DNA of 64,000 nucleotides from Acidimicrobiales bacterium (lineage in GTDB: Bacteria > Actinomycetota > Acidimicrobiia > Acidimicrobiales > JAJPHD01). Made by a program: the position numbers and the translations under genes. The notes beneath the pieces are model-generated. The model did not search any database. It was given only the letters and a program-made list of their open reading frames with translations, and was not told where the DNA came from. Below, one piece after another: positions 36,047 to 44,053 of the stretch (position 1 is the first letter of the stretch; each line of letters begins with the position of its first letter). The DNA lies in contig JBOGGT010000076.1 of NCBI GenBank assembly GCA_050744225.1, positions 63,503 to 127,502 of the forward strand, written 5' to 3'.

Positions 36047-36996
36047 GCCCCAGCGAACTGGTCCGTGACTACGACGCGCTTCGCCATGGCCTGGGCGGGG
36101 CGTGGGTGGACCGTGACGTAATCAGGGTCGCAGGACCCCAGGCCATTGCCTACCTTCAGGGTCAGCTCAGCCAGGACGTGGTGGCCCTGGCAGTCGGCGG
36201 GTCTGCGCCGTCGTTGCTGCTCTCTCCTCAGGGGAAGGTGGACGCCTGGCTCCGGGTGACCAGGGTGGCGGACGACGCCTGCCTGCTCGATGTCGACGCC
36301 GGGTGGGGGGAGGCGGTGATGGAGCGCCTCGGCCGCTTCAAACTGCGGACGAAGATGGAGATGAGCGCTGGTGCTGCCTGGCGCTGCCTGGCGTTGCGGG
36401 GTCCGGGAGTCGCCGGCGTTCCAGGCGCGGCCGGGCTGGTGGTTCCGGCGTTCTGGCCAGGCGTGGAGGGAGTCGACCTACTGGGAGAGTCGGTGGAGGT
36501 GCCCCCGGGTGTCACACTGGTCGGGCCCGATGCGCTCAGGGCCCTGCGGGTGGAGGCGGGCGTGCCCGCGATGGGCTCCGAGCTGGGCCCCAAGACGATC
36601 CCGGCCGAGGCGGGCCTGGTGGCGGCCTCGGTGAGCTTTACCAAGGGTTGCTACACCGGGCAGGAGCTGGTTGCCAGGATCGACTCGCGGGGAAACCGGG
36701 TGCCCAGGCGGCTGCGCGGCGTGGTGGTCGCGTGGGAACTGCTGGAGCGTCTGGGGGCCGCCTCCGCCTCGGCGTTGGCCCACCCACACAGCTCGCCCCC
36801 GCCGGTAGGGGCTGAGCTGGTCCTCGATGACAAGGTTGTCGGGGCGCTGACCAGCGTCGCATCCTCCCCCGGCCTGGAGGCCGTGGTGGCACTGGCCTAC
36901 GTCCGGCGCGAGGTCGAGCCGCCAGTGGAGCTGAGCCTGAGGTGGGATGACGCCTCTGTGGCAGCCCAGGTCCGGGAGTTGCCCCTGGTCGGGTGA
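36040..36996 (+). CDS. ygfZ: folate-binding YgfZ/GcvT-like protein
   Basis: AYLQGQLSQD... and the FTKGCYTGQELVARI signature. GTG start overlapping the upstream stop. Confidence 0.75.
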   Translation: MLSPSELVRDYDALRHGLGGAWVDRDVIRVAGPQAIAYLQGQLSQDVVALAVGGSAPSLLLSPQGKVDAWLRVTRVADDACLLDVDAGWGEAVMERLGRFKLRTKMEMSAGAAWRCLALRGPGVAGVPGAAGLVVPAFWPGVEGVDLLGESVEVPPGVTLVGPDALRALRVEAGVPAMGSELGPKTIPAEAGLVAASVSFTKGCYTGQELVARIDSRGNRVPRRLRGVVVAWELLERLGAASASALAHPHSSPPPVGAELVLDDKVVGALTSVASSPGLEAVVALAYVRREVEPPVELSLRWDDASVAAQVRELPLVG

Positions 36997-37027
36997 CAGT
37001 ACAGGTCCGGGAGTTGCCCCTGGTCGG
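36967..37027. repeat. 26-nt direct repeat at period 35 (caggtccgggagttgcccctggtcgg)
   Basis: Read directly. Copy 1 is the last 26 nt of ygfZ before its TGA. Copy 2 follows 9 nt later and is followed by three CTAG within 20 nt. Confidence 0.95.
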
Positions 37028-37041
37028 CTAGTTGCTAGCGG

Positions 37042-37329
37042 CTAGCTGTTCCCCCCGTCGCTGCGTCTTGGGCCCCGGCCCTTTGGGGGCTGGATCCAGC
37101 CAGCGTTGGACACTCCCCGGGGCTCGTAGAACAGGCATCCCTCGGGGCAGGCGAACGGGAGGCTCTGGTTGGCCTCGATCCTGCAGCGCTCGACCCGTTC
37201 CACCGGGCCGGCGCCGCTGGGTCCCGAGCCGGAGCGCGCTCGGCCTCCGTCGACTCTGCGTGGGCGGGTCGGTGACTGGCCGCCCACCGACTGCATTACA
37301 TAGTGACGGCAGTCCTCGTTCACGGCCAT
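37042..37329 (-). CDS. small conserved 4-Cys protein (paralog 2), unknown function
   Basis: The ATG at 37329 gives MAVNEDCRHY...ERVERCRIEANQSLPFACPEGCLFYE. It has the same motif order as 27819..28052, with a Gly/Arg/Ser-rich insertion. Confidence 0.6.
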   Translation of the reverse strand: MAVNEDCRHYVMQSVGGQSPTRPRRVDGGRARSGSGPSGAGPVERVERCRIEANQSLPFACPEGCLFYEPRGVSNAGWIQPPKGRGPRRSDGGNS

Positions 37330-37384
37330 GCTCCATGGTGCCAGATGCGGGCACCAGATAGGTGGCGGCTGTAAGGTCGGCCAC

Positions 37385-38071
37385 GTGGAGGACAAGTCGA
37401 TCAGCCGGGCCGAGATGGCGCGCTGGAGCCAGAGCCTTGCGGCCATCGCCCGCACTGGCCTCGGGTTCACCCAGAATCTCTACGAGCGGGAGCGTTTCGA
37501 GGAGGTCCTGAAGGTCGCTGCGGACATCGCGGTGGCCTCCACTGGCCCCAAGGTGGAGGATCCGGCCGAGCTGGTGGAGGGCTGGCTAGGGGAGGTGGTC
37601 GCCGGGGTGCCTGGCTATGTGACCCCCAAGGTGGCGGTCGGGGCAGTGGTGGGCAACGAGGCCGCTGAGATCCTCTTGGTGCGCCGAGCCGATTCGGGGG
37701 CTTGGCTGTATCCCACCGGTTGGGCAGATGTGGGCTACTCGGCCTCGGAAGTGGTGGTCAAGGAGGTCATGGAGGAGACCGGGATCGAGGCGGTGCCCGT
37801 AAGGGTGATCGCGGTGCTCGACGGGCTCAGGCTCGGCTTCAACCGGGTTCCGCTCTACTCGGTGGTCTTCCAGTGCAGGGCGGTCGGTGGTGCTCTGGCT
37901 GCCCACCCCTTGGAGTGCTCCGATGTCGGCTGGTTCGCCCAGGATGCGCTCCCGGAGCCGATCATAAGTGCGTCGCACTGGGTGGCTCACGCCTTCGCGT
38001 CGCTGCGGAACGAGCCCATCGAGGTGATGTTCGACCCCCCTCGGCCCGCACCGTGGCGAGTCCCTGGCTGA
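37385..38071 (+). CDS. NUDIX hydrolase with a NUDIX-associated N-terminal domain
   Basis: Nudix box GWADVGYSASEVVVKEVMEETGIE. The N-terminal ...IARTGLGFTQNLYERERFEE is typical of the N-terminal helper domain. Confidence 0.8.
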   Translation: MEDKSISRAEMARWSQSLAAIARTGLGFTQNLYERERFEEVLKVAADIAVASTGPKVEDPAELVEGWLGEVVAGVPGYVTPKVAVGAVVGNEAAEILLVRRADSGAWLYPTGWADVGYSASEVVVKEVMEETGIEAVPVRVIAVLDGLRLGFNRVPLYSVVFQCRAVGGALAAHPLECSDVGWFAQDALPEPIISASHWVAHAFASLRNEPIEVMFDPPRPAPWRVPG

Positions 38072-38095
38072 GCCGGGACGGGTACGATCTATTGC

Positions 38096-38485
38096 GTGAT
38101 GCAGCGATGGCTCGGCCCCAGGGCGCTCGGATTGCACCTGGTGGTCCTGATCTGGGCTCCTGGGTGCATCGTCGCCGGCATCTGGCAGGTGAACGTGGCC
38201 CTGTCGGGCCTTCGCCTCGCCTGGGTCTACAGCATCGAGTGGCCGGCCTTCGCGCTGTTGGGCATTGCGGTGTGGTACCACCTCATCGTGGACGATCGGT
38301 CGACCACCGGCAGGGAAGGCCTGCGTAAGGCTCGCCAGGCTGCCGGGTTGGTCGATGTCCCCGTGGCAGAGCGGGTGGCCGCCGTGCGGCGCCCGGAGTT
38401 GGAGGACGAGCGCCTGGCCGCTTACAACGACTACCTGGCGTCGCTGGCCGCGAGTGGGCGCCGTAAGACCGTACGGCATCCGTGA
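38096..38485 (+). CDS. small membrane protein, unknown function
   Basis: Two hydrophobic segments plus a charged tail. Its stop overlaps the start of the next gene. Confidence 0.45.
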   Translation: MMQRWLGPRALGLHLVVLIWAPGCIVAGIWQVNVALSGLRLAWVYSIEWPAFALLGIAVWYHLIVDDRSTTGREGLRKARQAAGLVDVPVAERVAAVRRPELEDERLAAYNDYLASLAASGRRKTVRHP

Positions 38486-40014
38486 AGGAGCTGCTGGCTT
38501 ACCGCATCATGGCCTACGTGGTGGGGGTGGGCCTGATCCTGGTGTGCGCGGGGATACCGCCACAGCTGCTCGGGTACCCCGAGTTCGAGAACGTCATCGG
38601 GGTGGTCCACGGCATCTTCTACATCATCTACCTGCTGGCGTCCTTCGCGCTCTACCGCAAGGCACATTTCACCAAGTTGCAGCTGGTGGGGCTGGTATCT
38701 GCTGGCTTTGTACCGCTCTTGGCCTTCTACGTGGAGCGCCGGACCACCAAGCGCATCAGCCGTGACCTGGTGGCGCTGGATCTCGCAGCCGGCCCCAGCA
38801 CCCCCGGCCCCAGCACCCCCGGCCCCAGCACCTCCGGCCCCAGCACCTCCGGCCCCAGCACCTCCGGCCCCAGCACCGTGACGCCGGAGTCCTGAGCGTC
38901 CGGCGAACCCAGCCCCAGACGCCAGCACCACGATCCCGAGGATCGCGATCAGCGGACCGGTGTTGGGGTCGGTTGACGAGCCGCTGGTCAGCTCGCCCAG
39001 ACCCTGGCCCAGGACCCAGTCGGCGAGCGCAAGGCAGATCCCGACGCTGGCAGCCACCTTCCGCGGCCATCCGCCAAACAGAGCCACCACGCCGATCAGG
39101 GCCTCAACCACCCCCAAGCCGACGATCAGGCCATTGCCGGCGGACAAGATCCAAGCCGCCGCCGAGTAGTCCCAACCGGCCAGCCAGGTGGGGCTGCCTG
39201 GTGCCAGTGCCAGTGGTCCCCCGGCGAGGGCGTCCGCGCTGGCCTGGGCGGGCAGGGAAAGCAGCACCACGCCCCCGATCCACAGCACGGCCCAGGCGAC
39301 CACTGCCCAGGTCCTGGGGGGGAGGTCGGAGCCGCGGGCCCCAGCCAGCAGGCCCGTAGAAACCCGAGAAGCTGCGTGGCGCAACCGTCCAACCTCCGAC
39401 CGTCCGTTTGCAGAGCCCGCAGAGCCCGCAGAGCCCGCAGAGCCCGCAGAGCCCGCAGAGCCCGCAGAGCCTGCAGAGCCTGCAGAGCTGTTGGCCTTGG
39501 CTGGCCAGGCGACCAGGCCGAGCGTCACGTAAATCAGCGCCGCTCCCGGAGCCCCGGTGGAGATGGCGGCGTGCCCGGCTGCGATGGCGTCCAAGCCCTC
39601 GCCGAAGTACCACACGGCAAGGCCCCAAACCACAGACAAGGCCAGCGCGGCCCGCACTGTCGGACGGATCAGGAGCCCGAGCCCGATGAGTAGCTGTATC
39701 GAGGCGAAGGTGGCGTCGAAACCGAACGGGTGAGTCTGGATCAGGGCGACGGCCCATCCGACTGGAACCGAGACGAATGCCGGCTCGCCGATGCCTTGGG
39801 GCGCGATCACCGTGGCGGCAAAGCCGTTGCCAAACATAAAGGGCTGGAGCTGGAGCAGCCCGTCGAGGAGCCACAAAACCCCCAGGACCAGCTGGATGCC
39901 CCGCCGGGTGACCCGTACCCGCGGGACCCTCCAGCGCACCCTCCGACGCGCTGACCCGACTTCCGGAGAGGAGCTTGCGTCAATCCCTGGCCGTGCCGTA
40001 CCTACGCCTGCCAT
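38431..40014 (-). CDS. polytopic membrane protein (DoxX-like topology), unknown function
   Basis: Repeated hydrophobic segments from 40014 to about 38900. The first in-frame stop is only at 38431, so the ORF runs antisense through the DUF3817 gene. Confidence 0.5.
   Translation of the reverse strand: MAGVGTARPGIDASSSPEVGSARRRVRWRVPRVRVTRRGIQLVLGVLWLLDGLLQLQPFMFGNGFAATVIAPQGIGEPAFVSVPVGWAVALIQTHPFGFDATFASIQLLIGLGLLIRPTVRAALALSVVWGLAVWYFGEGLDAIAAGHAAISTGAPGAALIYVTLGLVAWPAKANSSAGSAGSAGSAGSAGSAGSAGSAGSANGRSEVGRLRHAASRVSTGLLAGARGSDLPPRTWAVVAWAVLWIGGVVLLSLPAQASADALAGGPLALAPGSPTWLAGWDYSAAAWILSAGNGLIVGLGVVEALIGVVALFGGWPRKVAASVGICLALADWVLGQGLGELTSGSSTDPNTGPLIAILGIVVLASGAGFAGRSGLRRHGAGAGGAGAGGAGAGGAGAGGAGAGGAGAGCEIQRHQVTADALGGPALHVEGQERYKASRYQPHQLQLGEMCLAVEREGRQQVDDVEDAVDHPDDVLELGVPEQLWRYPRAHQDQAHPHHVGHDAVSQQLLHGCRTVLRRPLAASDAR
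38482..38895 (+). CDS. DUF3817-type membrane protein with a (GPSTP) repeat tail
   Basis: MKELLAYRIMAYVVGVGLI...VVHGIFYIIYL...GFVPLLAFYVERR. Confidence 0.7.
   Translation: MKELLAYRIMAYVVGVGLILVCAGIPPQLLGYPEFENVIGVVHGIFYIIYLLASFALYRKAHFTKLQLVGLVSAGFVPLLAFYVERRTTKRISRDLVALDLAAGPSTPGPSTPGPSTSGPSTSGPSTSGPSTVTPES
38791..38880. repeat. 15-nt tandem repeat x6 (ggccccagcacc[cct]cc)
   Basis: Read directly. It encodes GPSTP/GPSTS on the + strand and GAGGA on the - strand. Confidence 0.95.
39411..39488. repeat. 9-nt tandem repeat, about 8 units (cagagcccg)
   Basis: Read directly. It encodes (SAG)n in a loop of the minus-strand membrane protein. Confidence 0.95.
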
Positions 40015-40082
40015 ATGCGTAGCCTTCGGAGTGGATTCGGGTCGCGTATGGCCGTTGTCGTCTCGGCGGGAAGGTCTCGGTG

Positions 40083-41633
40083 CTAGGGCTGGGTGGAACC
40101 CTGGCCGGAACCCTGGCCGGAACGCTGGCCGGAACGCTGGGTGGTCGCGGGCATCTGGCGTGCGCCGTCCGCCATTGCGTTCAGGGATCCCGAAGGCACC
40201 GGGATGGGCGGGCGGTGATCAGCTCCGTCGCCGGGCCGGATCTCTGAAGGGGCCAGGGTGTAGCCCCCCTCCGGGGTCCGGGAGATGATGCTCGGGCGCT
40301 TGTGCCGGCCTGCCTCCGGCGCCTTGGACAGCTCCCTGCAGATCTTGAAGGTCACGAACCCGGCGACGAAGGGCGCGATGACCAGGGCGTAGCGCAGCAC
40401 CGGGAGCACCACGTTCAGTGAGATGGCGAAGAAGTTGGCCAACAGGTCAGTCGAGCTGGCGATGAACAGCACCGAGAAGAAGGTGAGTACGCCCACGCCG
40501 ATTGCGGTGCGCCAAGCGGCGTCTCTGGGTCGTTCCAGCAGGTGGTGGGATCGCCGGTTGTCCTTGGTGAACTTGGCCTCGATCCAGGGCCAGAGCATCA
40601 TGAACGGCACGGCGACCCCAGGCATCAGCACTGCGGGGAAGAACAAGGTGGGGATCATGTGCCCCTGCAAGTTCACTTCCCAGCGCGGCATGAGCCGCAG
40701 CGCACCGTCCAACCACCCCATATACCAGTCCGGTTGGACCAGGTAGGTGACGTTGTAGGGGACATACGGCCCGTACAGCCAGATGGGGTTGATCTGGGCC
40801 AGGCCCCCGAGCAGGGCGGTGATCCCGAAGATCATCATCAACAACCCGGTGGTCTTGAAGACGAAGCCGGGCCACACCGGCGTCCCAACCACGTTGCGCT
40901 CCGTTGCGCCGTGCCCTCGGAACTGGGTGTGCTTCTGGTGCCACAGCAGCCCCAGATGGACCGCCAGTAGGGCGACGATGATGCCGGGTAGCAGGAACAC
41001 GTGGATGATGTACAAGCGGTAGTCGTAGCTGGTCCCTGGGAAGTTGCCGCCGAAGAAGAAGAAGGTGAGGTAGGTCCCGACCACCGGGATCGCCAGCATG
41101 ACCGAGAACATGATCCGGACGCCGGTTCCCGAGATCAGGTCGTCGGGGAGGGAGTAGCCAAGGTACCCGTTCACCAGGGCCAGGAAGAGCAGGGCCACCC
41201 CGATGACCCAGTTGAGCTCGCGGGGACGGCGGAAGGCGCCGGTGAAGTAGATCCGGCACATGTGCAACACGATGGCGCCGATGAAGATGTCGGCCGACCA
41301 GTGATGCATCTGGCGGATCACGATGCCGCCCCGGACGAACAGACTGATATTGACCACCGAGGTGTACGCGTCCGAGACGCTCTGGCCATCCAAAGGCTTG
41401 TAGGCGCCGTGGTAGACGTGGTGGGTCAGCGATGGGTTGAAGAAGAAGGTCAGGTATACCCCGGTGAGGATCACCACGATGAACGAGTAGAGGGCGATCT
41501 CTCCGATCATGAATGACCAGTGGTCCGGGAAGATCTTGTTCAGGCTCTTCTTGGTCCAGTGGGCCAGGCCGACCCGGTCGTCCATCCAGCCGGCGACCGC
41601 GCCGAGCGGAGCCATGTTGGGTTCGGTACTCAT
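40083..41633 (-). CDS. qcrB: cytochrome bc1 complex cytochrome b subunit
   Basis: ...IFPDHWSFMIGEIALYSF..., the haem-ligand histidines and the actinobacterial long C-terminus. Confidence 0.95.
   Translation of the reverse strand: MSTEPNMAPLGAVAGWMDDRVGLAHWTKKSLNKIFPDHWSFMIGEIALYSFIVVILTGVYLTFFFNPSLTHHVYHGAYKPLDGQSVSDAYTSVVNISLFVRGGIVIRQMHHWSADIFIGAIVLHMCRIYFTGAFRRPRELNWVIGVALLFLALVNGYLGYSLPDDLISGTGVRIMFSVMLAIPVVGTYLTFFFFGGNFPGTSYDYRLYIIHVFLLPGIIVALLAVHLGLLWHQKHTQFRGHGATERNVVGTPVWPGFVFKTTGLLMMIFGITALLGGLAQINPIWLYGPYVPYNVTYLVQPDWYMGWLDGALRLMPRWEVNLQGHMIPTLFFPAVLMPGVAVPFMMLWPWIEAKFTKDNRRSHHLLERPRDAAWRTAIGVGVLTFFSVLFIASSTDLLANFFAISLNVVLPVLRYALVIAPFVAGFVTFKICRELSKAPEAGRHKRPSIISRTPEGGYTLAPSEIRPGDGADHRPPIPVPSGSLNAMADGARQMPATTQRSGQRSGQGSGQGSTQP
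40095..40142. repeat. 12-nt tandem repeat x4 (ggaacSctggcc)
   Basis: Read directly. It encodes the SGQR/SGQG repeats at the QcrB C-terminus. Confidence 0.9.
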
Positions 41634-42586
41634 GTCGGGTCCCCCAGGTTTGCGGCCGCGCCCCGCTCCCAGAACCCGGGGCCGATCGGCTCGAGGAAGT
41701 CCCTGCGAGCTCGGAGGTAGCCCTGGTCGTCGGCGTAGATCGGCAGTTGGGGCAGGGGCCGCGGCGCCGGGCCGAAGATCGGGTAGCAGCCGGTAAGGAT
41801 GTCAAACAGCGACTGGTGGCACGGGCAGAGCAACTGCTGGGTCTCGGCCTCGTACAGCGAGACCGGGCAGCCGGCGTGGGTACACACCTTGGAAAAGGCC
41901 AGGTAGCCCGCCGGCGACCAGCTTGCGGGACCCTGCTTGGTCTGGATGGGCTCCGACGCGACGCGGATCAGGAGGGTCTGCGCGGTCTGCTGGATGCCGG
42001 GGTCGTTCTCTCCACCCTCGGGAAACGTGGTGATGTACCCTCCCACGTCGATGTCGGAGACCCGGACCGGCTTGCCGGCGGGGTCCACCATCCGCGTGCC
42101 GGGCTTCCAGGCGGTGGAGAACAGGGCCAGTTTGGGCTGGGGCCCGAGCGAGCGCAGCGGGAAGATGAAAACCGCGGCCACGGCTGCTCCGGCGACGCTC
42201 ATCAGCCCGAGCAGCTTGCGCCGGGCAAAGATCGAGGCCCCTCGTCCGAACGCCCCTACCACGGCCTCGCGGTCCTCGGGCTTGCTGGGCAGGTCGTGGC
42301 GGTCCTCGTAGTCCCTGGCCTCCACGAACGGACCCTTGGGGACCAGGTACTTGCCCCAGGCGGTCATCCCCGCTCCGAACGCCGTCAGTGCGACCCCCAG
42401 CATGGCGCCCTCGATCTGGGGTTGTCCTCCGAGCCAGAACACCACTGCCAGGGTCACCGTGGCGGCAACGCTGAGCGTGAAGCAGAACGCGATGATGCGT
42501 GCCGCCCGGATCGGGTTCTTGGAGGCGGGCGCCAGGCGGGGGTCGTCGGGTGAAAGCGGCTCGGTGGGAGAGGCAGGCAGGGTCAA
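41630..42586 (-). CDS. qcrA: cytochrome bc1 complex Rieske iron-sulfur subunit
   Basis: Rieske motifs CTHAGCPV...CPCHQSLF. The TTG at 42586 overlaps the qcrC TGA (TTGA). The longer ORF to 42901 would overlap qcrC. Confidence 0.9.
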   Translation of the reverse strand: MTLPASPTEPLSPDDPRLAPASKNPIRAARIIAFCFTLSVAATVTLAVVFWLGGQPQIEGAMLGVALTAFGAGMTAWGKYLVPKGPFVEARDYEDRHDLPSKPEDREAVVGAFGRGASIFARRKLLGLMSVAGAAVAAVFIFPLRSLGPQPKLALFSTAWKPGTRMVDPAGKPVRVSDIDVGGYITTFPEGGENDPGIQQTAQTLLIRVASEPIQTKQGPASWSPAGYLAFSKVCTHAGCPVSLYEAETQQLLCPCHQSLFDILTGCYPIFGPAPRPLPQLPIYADDQGYLRARRDFLEPIGPGFWERGAAANLGDPT

Positions 42587-43440
42587 TTCCGGTCCCCGAT
42601 CCAGTAGAGCAGGCCGAGCATCGAGCCTAGGCCCAGGAAGAGGGCGACCAGGCCCTCGGTGATGGGGCCGACGTGCGCCAGCCCGTTGCCCCCCCGGTCG
42701 GCGGGATGCTGGATGTGCTGGGTGACGTACGCAGTGATGTCGTTGATCTGGGCCGCGTTGAACTGGAACGAGCTGAACCTGGGCATGTTGGCCGGCCCGG
42801 TCTGGATGGCCTCGACCACCTGGGTGGGGGTGGCATAGGAGAGCGAGGGAGCGGACAGCCCGTTGGACAGGGCGTCGCCGACCCCGCCGACCGCGTGGCA
42901 CCCGGCGCAGTTGGTTGAGAAGAGGGAGAAGCCCTGGCCGACATCAGCTCCGTTCAGGTCGACCGAGGGGATGCCAGGGCCACCGGGACCGAGTGAGGTC
43001 ACGTACTTGACGATGTCCAGCTGCTCAGGGCGGGTGAAACGAGACTGCTTCGGTTCGGCTTCCGCGCTCGGGGTGGCGAGTGGCATACGCCCGGACGAGA
43101 CCCAGAAGTCGATGGTCGCCGAGCCCAGCCCCACCAGGTTCGGGGCACGGGACGATCCAGAGGCGCTCTCCCCGTGGCACGAGGCGCAGTTGGCAACGAA
43201 CAACAGCTGGCCGTTCTGGACGCTCGAGGCATCCAGGGACAAGGTCGGGGGCGTGGTGGTCGAGCCGGCGGTGGTCGAGGTCGAGGCGGGGGTGGTAACC
43301 GCAGGGGTGGTCGAGGCGGGGGTGGCAACCGCAGGGGTGGCTGCCGCCGTTGCCCCGGGGGAGGAGGCAAAGAAGGTAAGTCCCAGCGCGGAGCTGAAGC
43401 CCAGCAGTGCCAGGGGCGGGAGGAGGCGGATCCGGTGCAT
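42583..43440 (-). CDS. qcrC: cytochrome bc1 complex dihaem cytochrome c subunit
   Basis: Two CXXCH motifs (CASCHG, CAGCHA) and a C-terminal TM anchor. Confidence 0.9.
   Translation of the reverse strand: MHRIRLLPPLALLGFSSALGLTFFASSPGATAAATPAVATPASTTPAVTTPASTSTTAGSTTTPPTLSLDASSVQNGQLLFVANCASCHGESASGSSRAPNLVGLGSATIDFWVSSGRMPLATPSAEAEPKQSRFTRPEQLDIVKYVTSLGPGGPGIPSVDLNGADVGQGFSLFSTNCAGCHAVGGVGDALSNGLSAPSLSYATPTQVVEAIQTGPANMPRFSSFQFNAAQINDITAYVTQHIQHPADRGGNGLAHVGPITEGLVALFLGLGSMLGLLYWIGDRN
43281..43340. repeat. 30-nt tandem repeat x2
   Basis: Read directly. It encodes TPAVATPAST/TPAVTTPAST in the QcrC N-terminal linker. Confidence 0.9.
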
Positions 43441-43450
43441 GCTCAGCGGC

Positions 43451-44041
43451 TCAGTGCACCAGGAACAGGGACAGGTACAGTGCCACCCACACGATGTCGA
43501 CGAAGTGCCAGTAGTAGCTCACGGCCTGGAAGACCACCACCTCACCGGGGTCTCCCTCCGGTCCCACCATCCTGCCCGCCAGGGCGATCATGGCTACCAA
43601 TCCGACGATGACGTGCAGACCGTGGATGCCGGTCATCATGTAGAACAGCGAGCCGAAGGCGTCGGTGTTGGTGGAAAACGGGACCTTGGTCCACTCCACC
43701 GCCTGGCTCAGCACGAACGTGGCTCCCATGACGAACGTCCCCGCCAGCCACCACCGAGCGGAACGGCGCATGCCGTGCTCCACGTTCCACAGTGCCTTCT
43801 GCATGGTGAAACTGGACATCACCAGGATGAAGGTGAAGAGCGCCGACTGGACGATGTCCAGCTTGTCGCCGGGTGGTGGCCAGGTCGGGGCGTATGCACG
43901 GATGGTGTAGTAAGCGGCGAACAGACCGCTGAAGAACATCAGCTCGGAACCGAGCCAGATCATCACCCCGACGCCCAGCATCGAGGGTCGGGCGTGGGGG
44001 GTGGGGAGCAGTTGTCGGTCGACGGCGATGGCCTGGGTCAT
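43451..44041 (-). CDS. ctaE: cytochrome c oxidase subunit III
   Basis: ...FFSGLFAAYY..., YWHFVDIVW motifs. Confidence 0.9.
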   Translation of the reverse strand: MTQAIAVDRQLLPTPHARPSMLGVGVMIWLGSELMFFSGLFAAYYTIRAYAPTWPPPGDKLDIVQSALFTFILVMSSFTMQKALWNVEHGMRRSARWWLAGTFVMGATFVLSQAVEWTKVPFSTNTDAFGSLFYMMTGIHGLHVIVGLVAMIALAGRMVGPEGDPGEVVVFQAVSYYWHFVDIVWVALYLSLFLVH

Positions 44042-44053
44042 CGGGAGCAGTTT

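Noticed and set aside
38791-39488. Possible CRISPR array suggested by the regularly spaced repeats
   Set aside because: The units are 9 and 15 nt, directly abutting with no unique spacers, and they lie inside coding frames. No cas genes are present. They are tandem repeats, not CRISPR.
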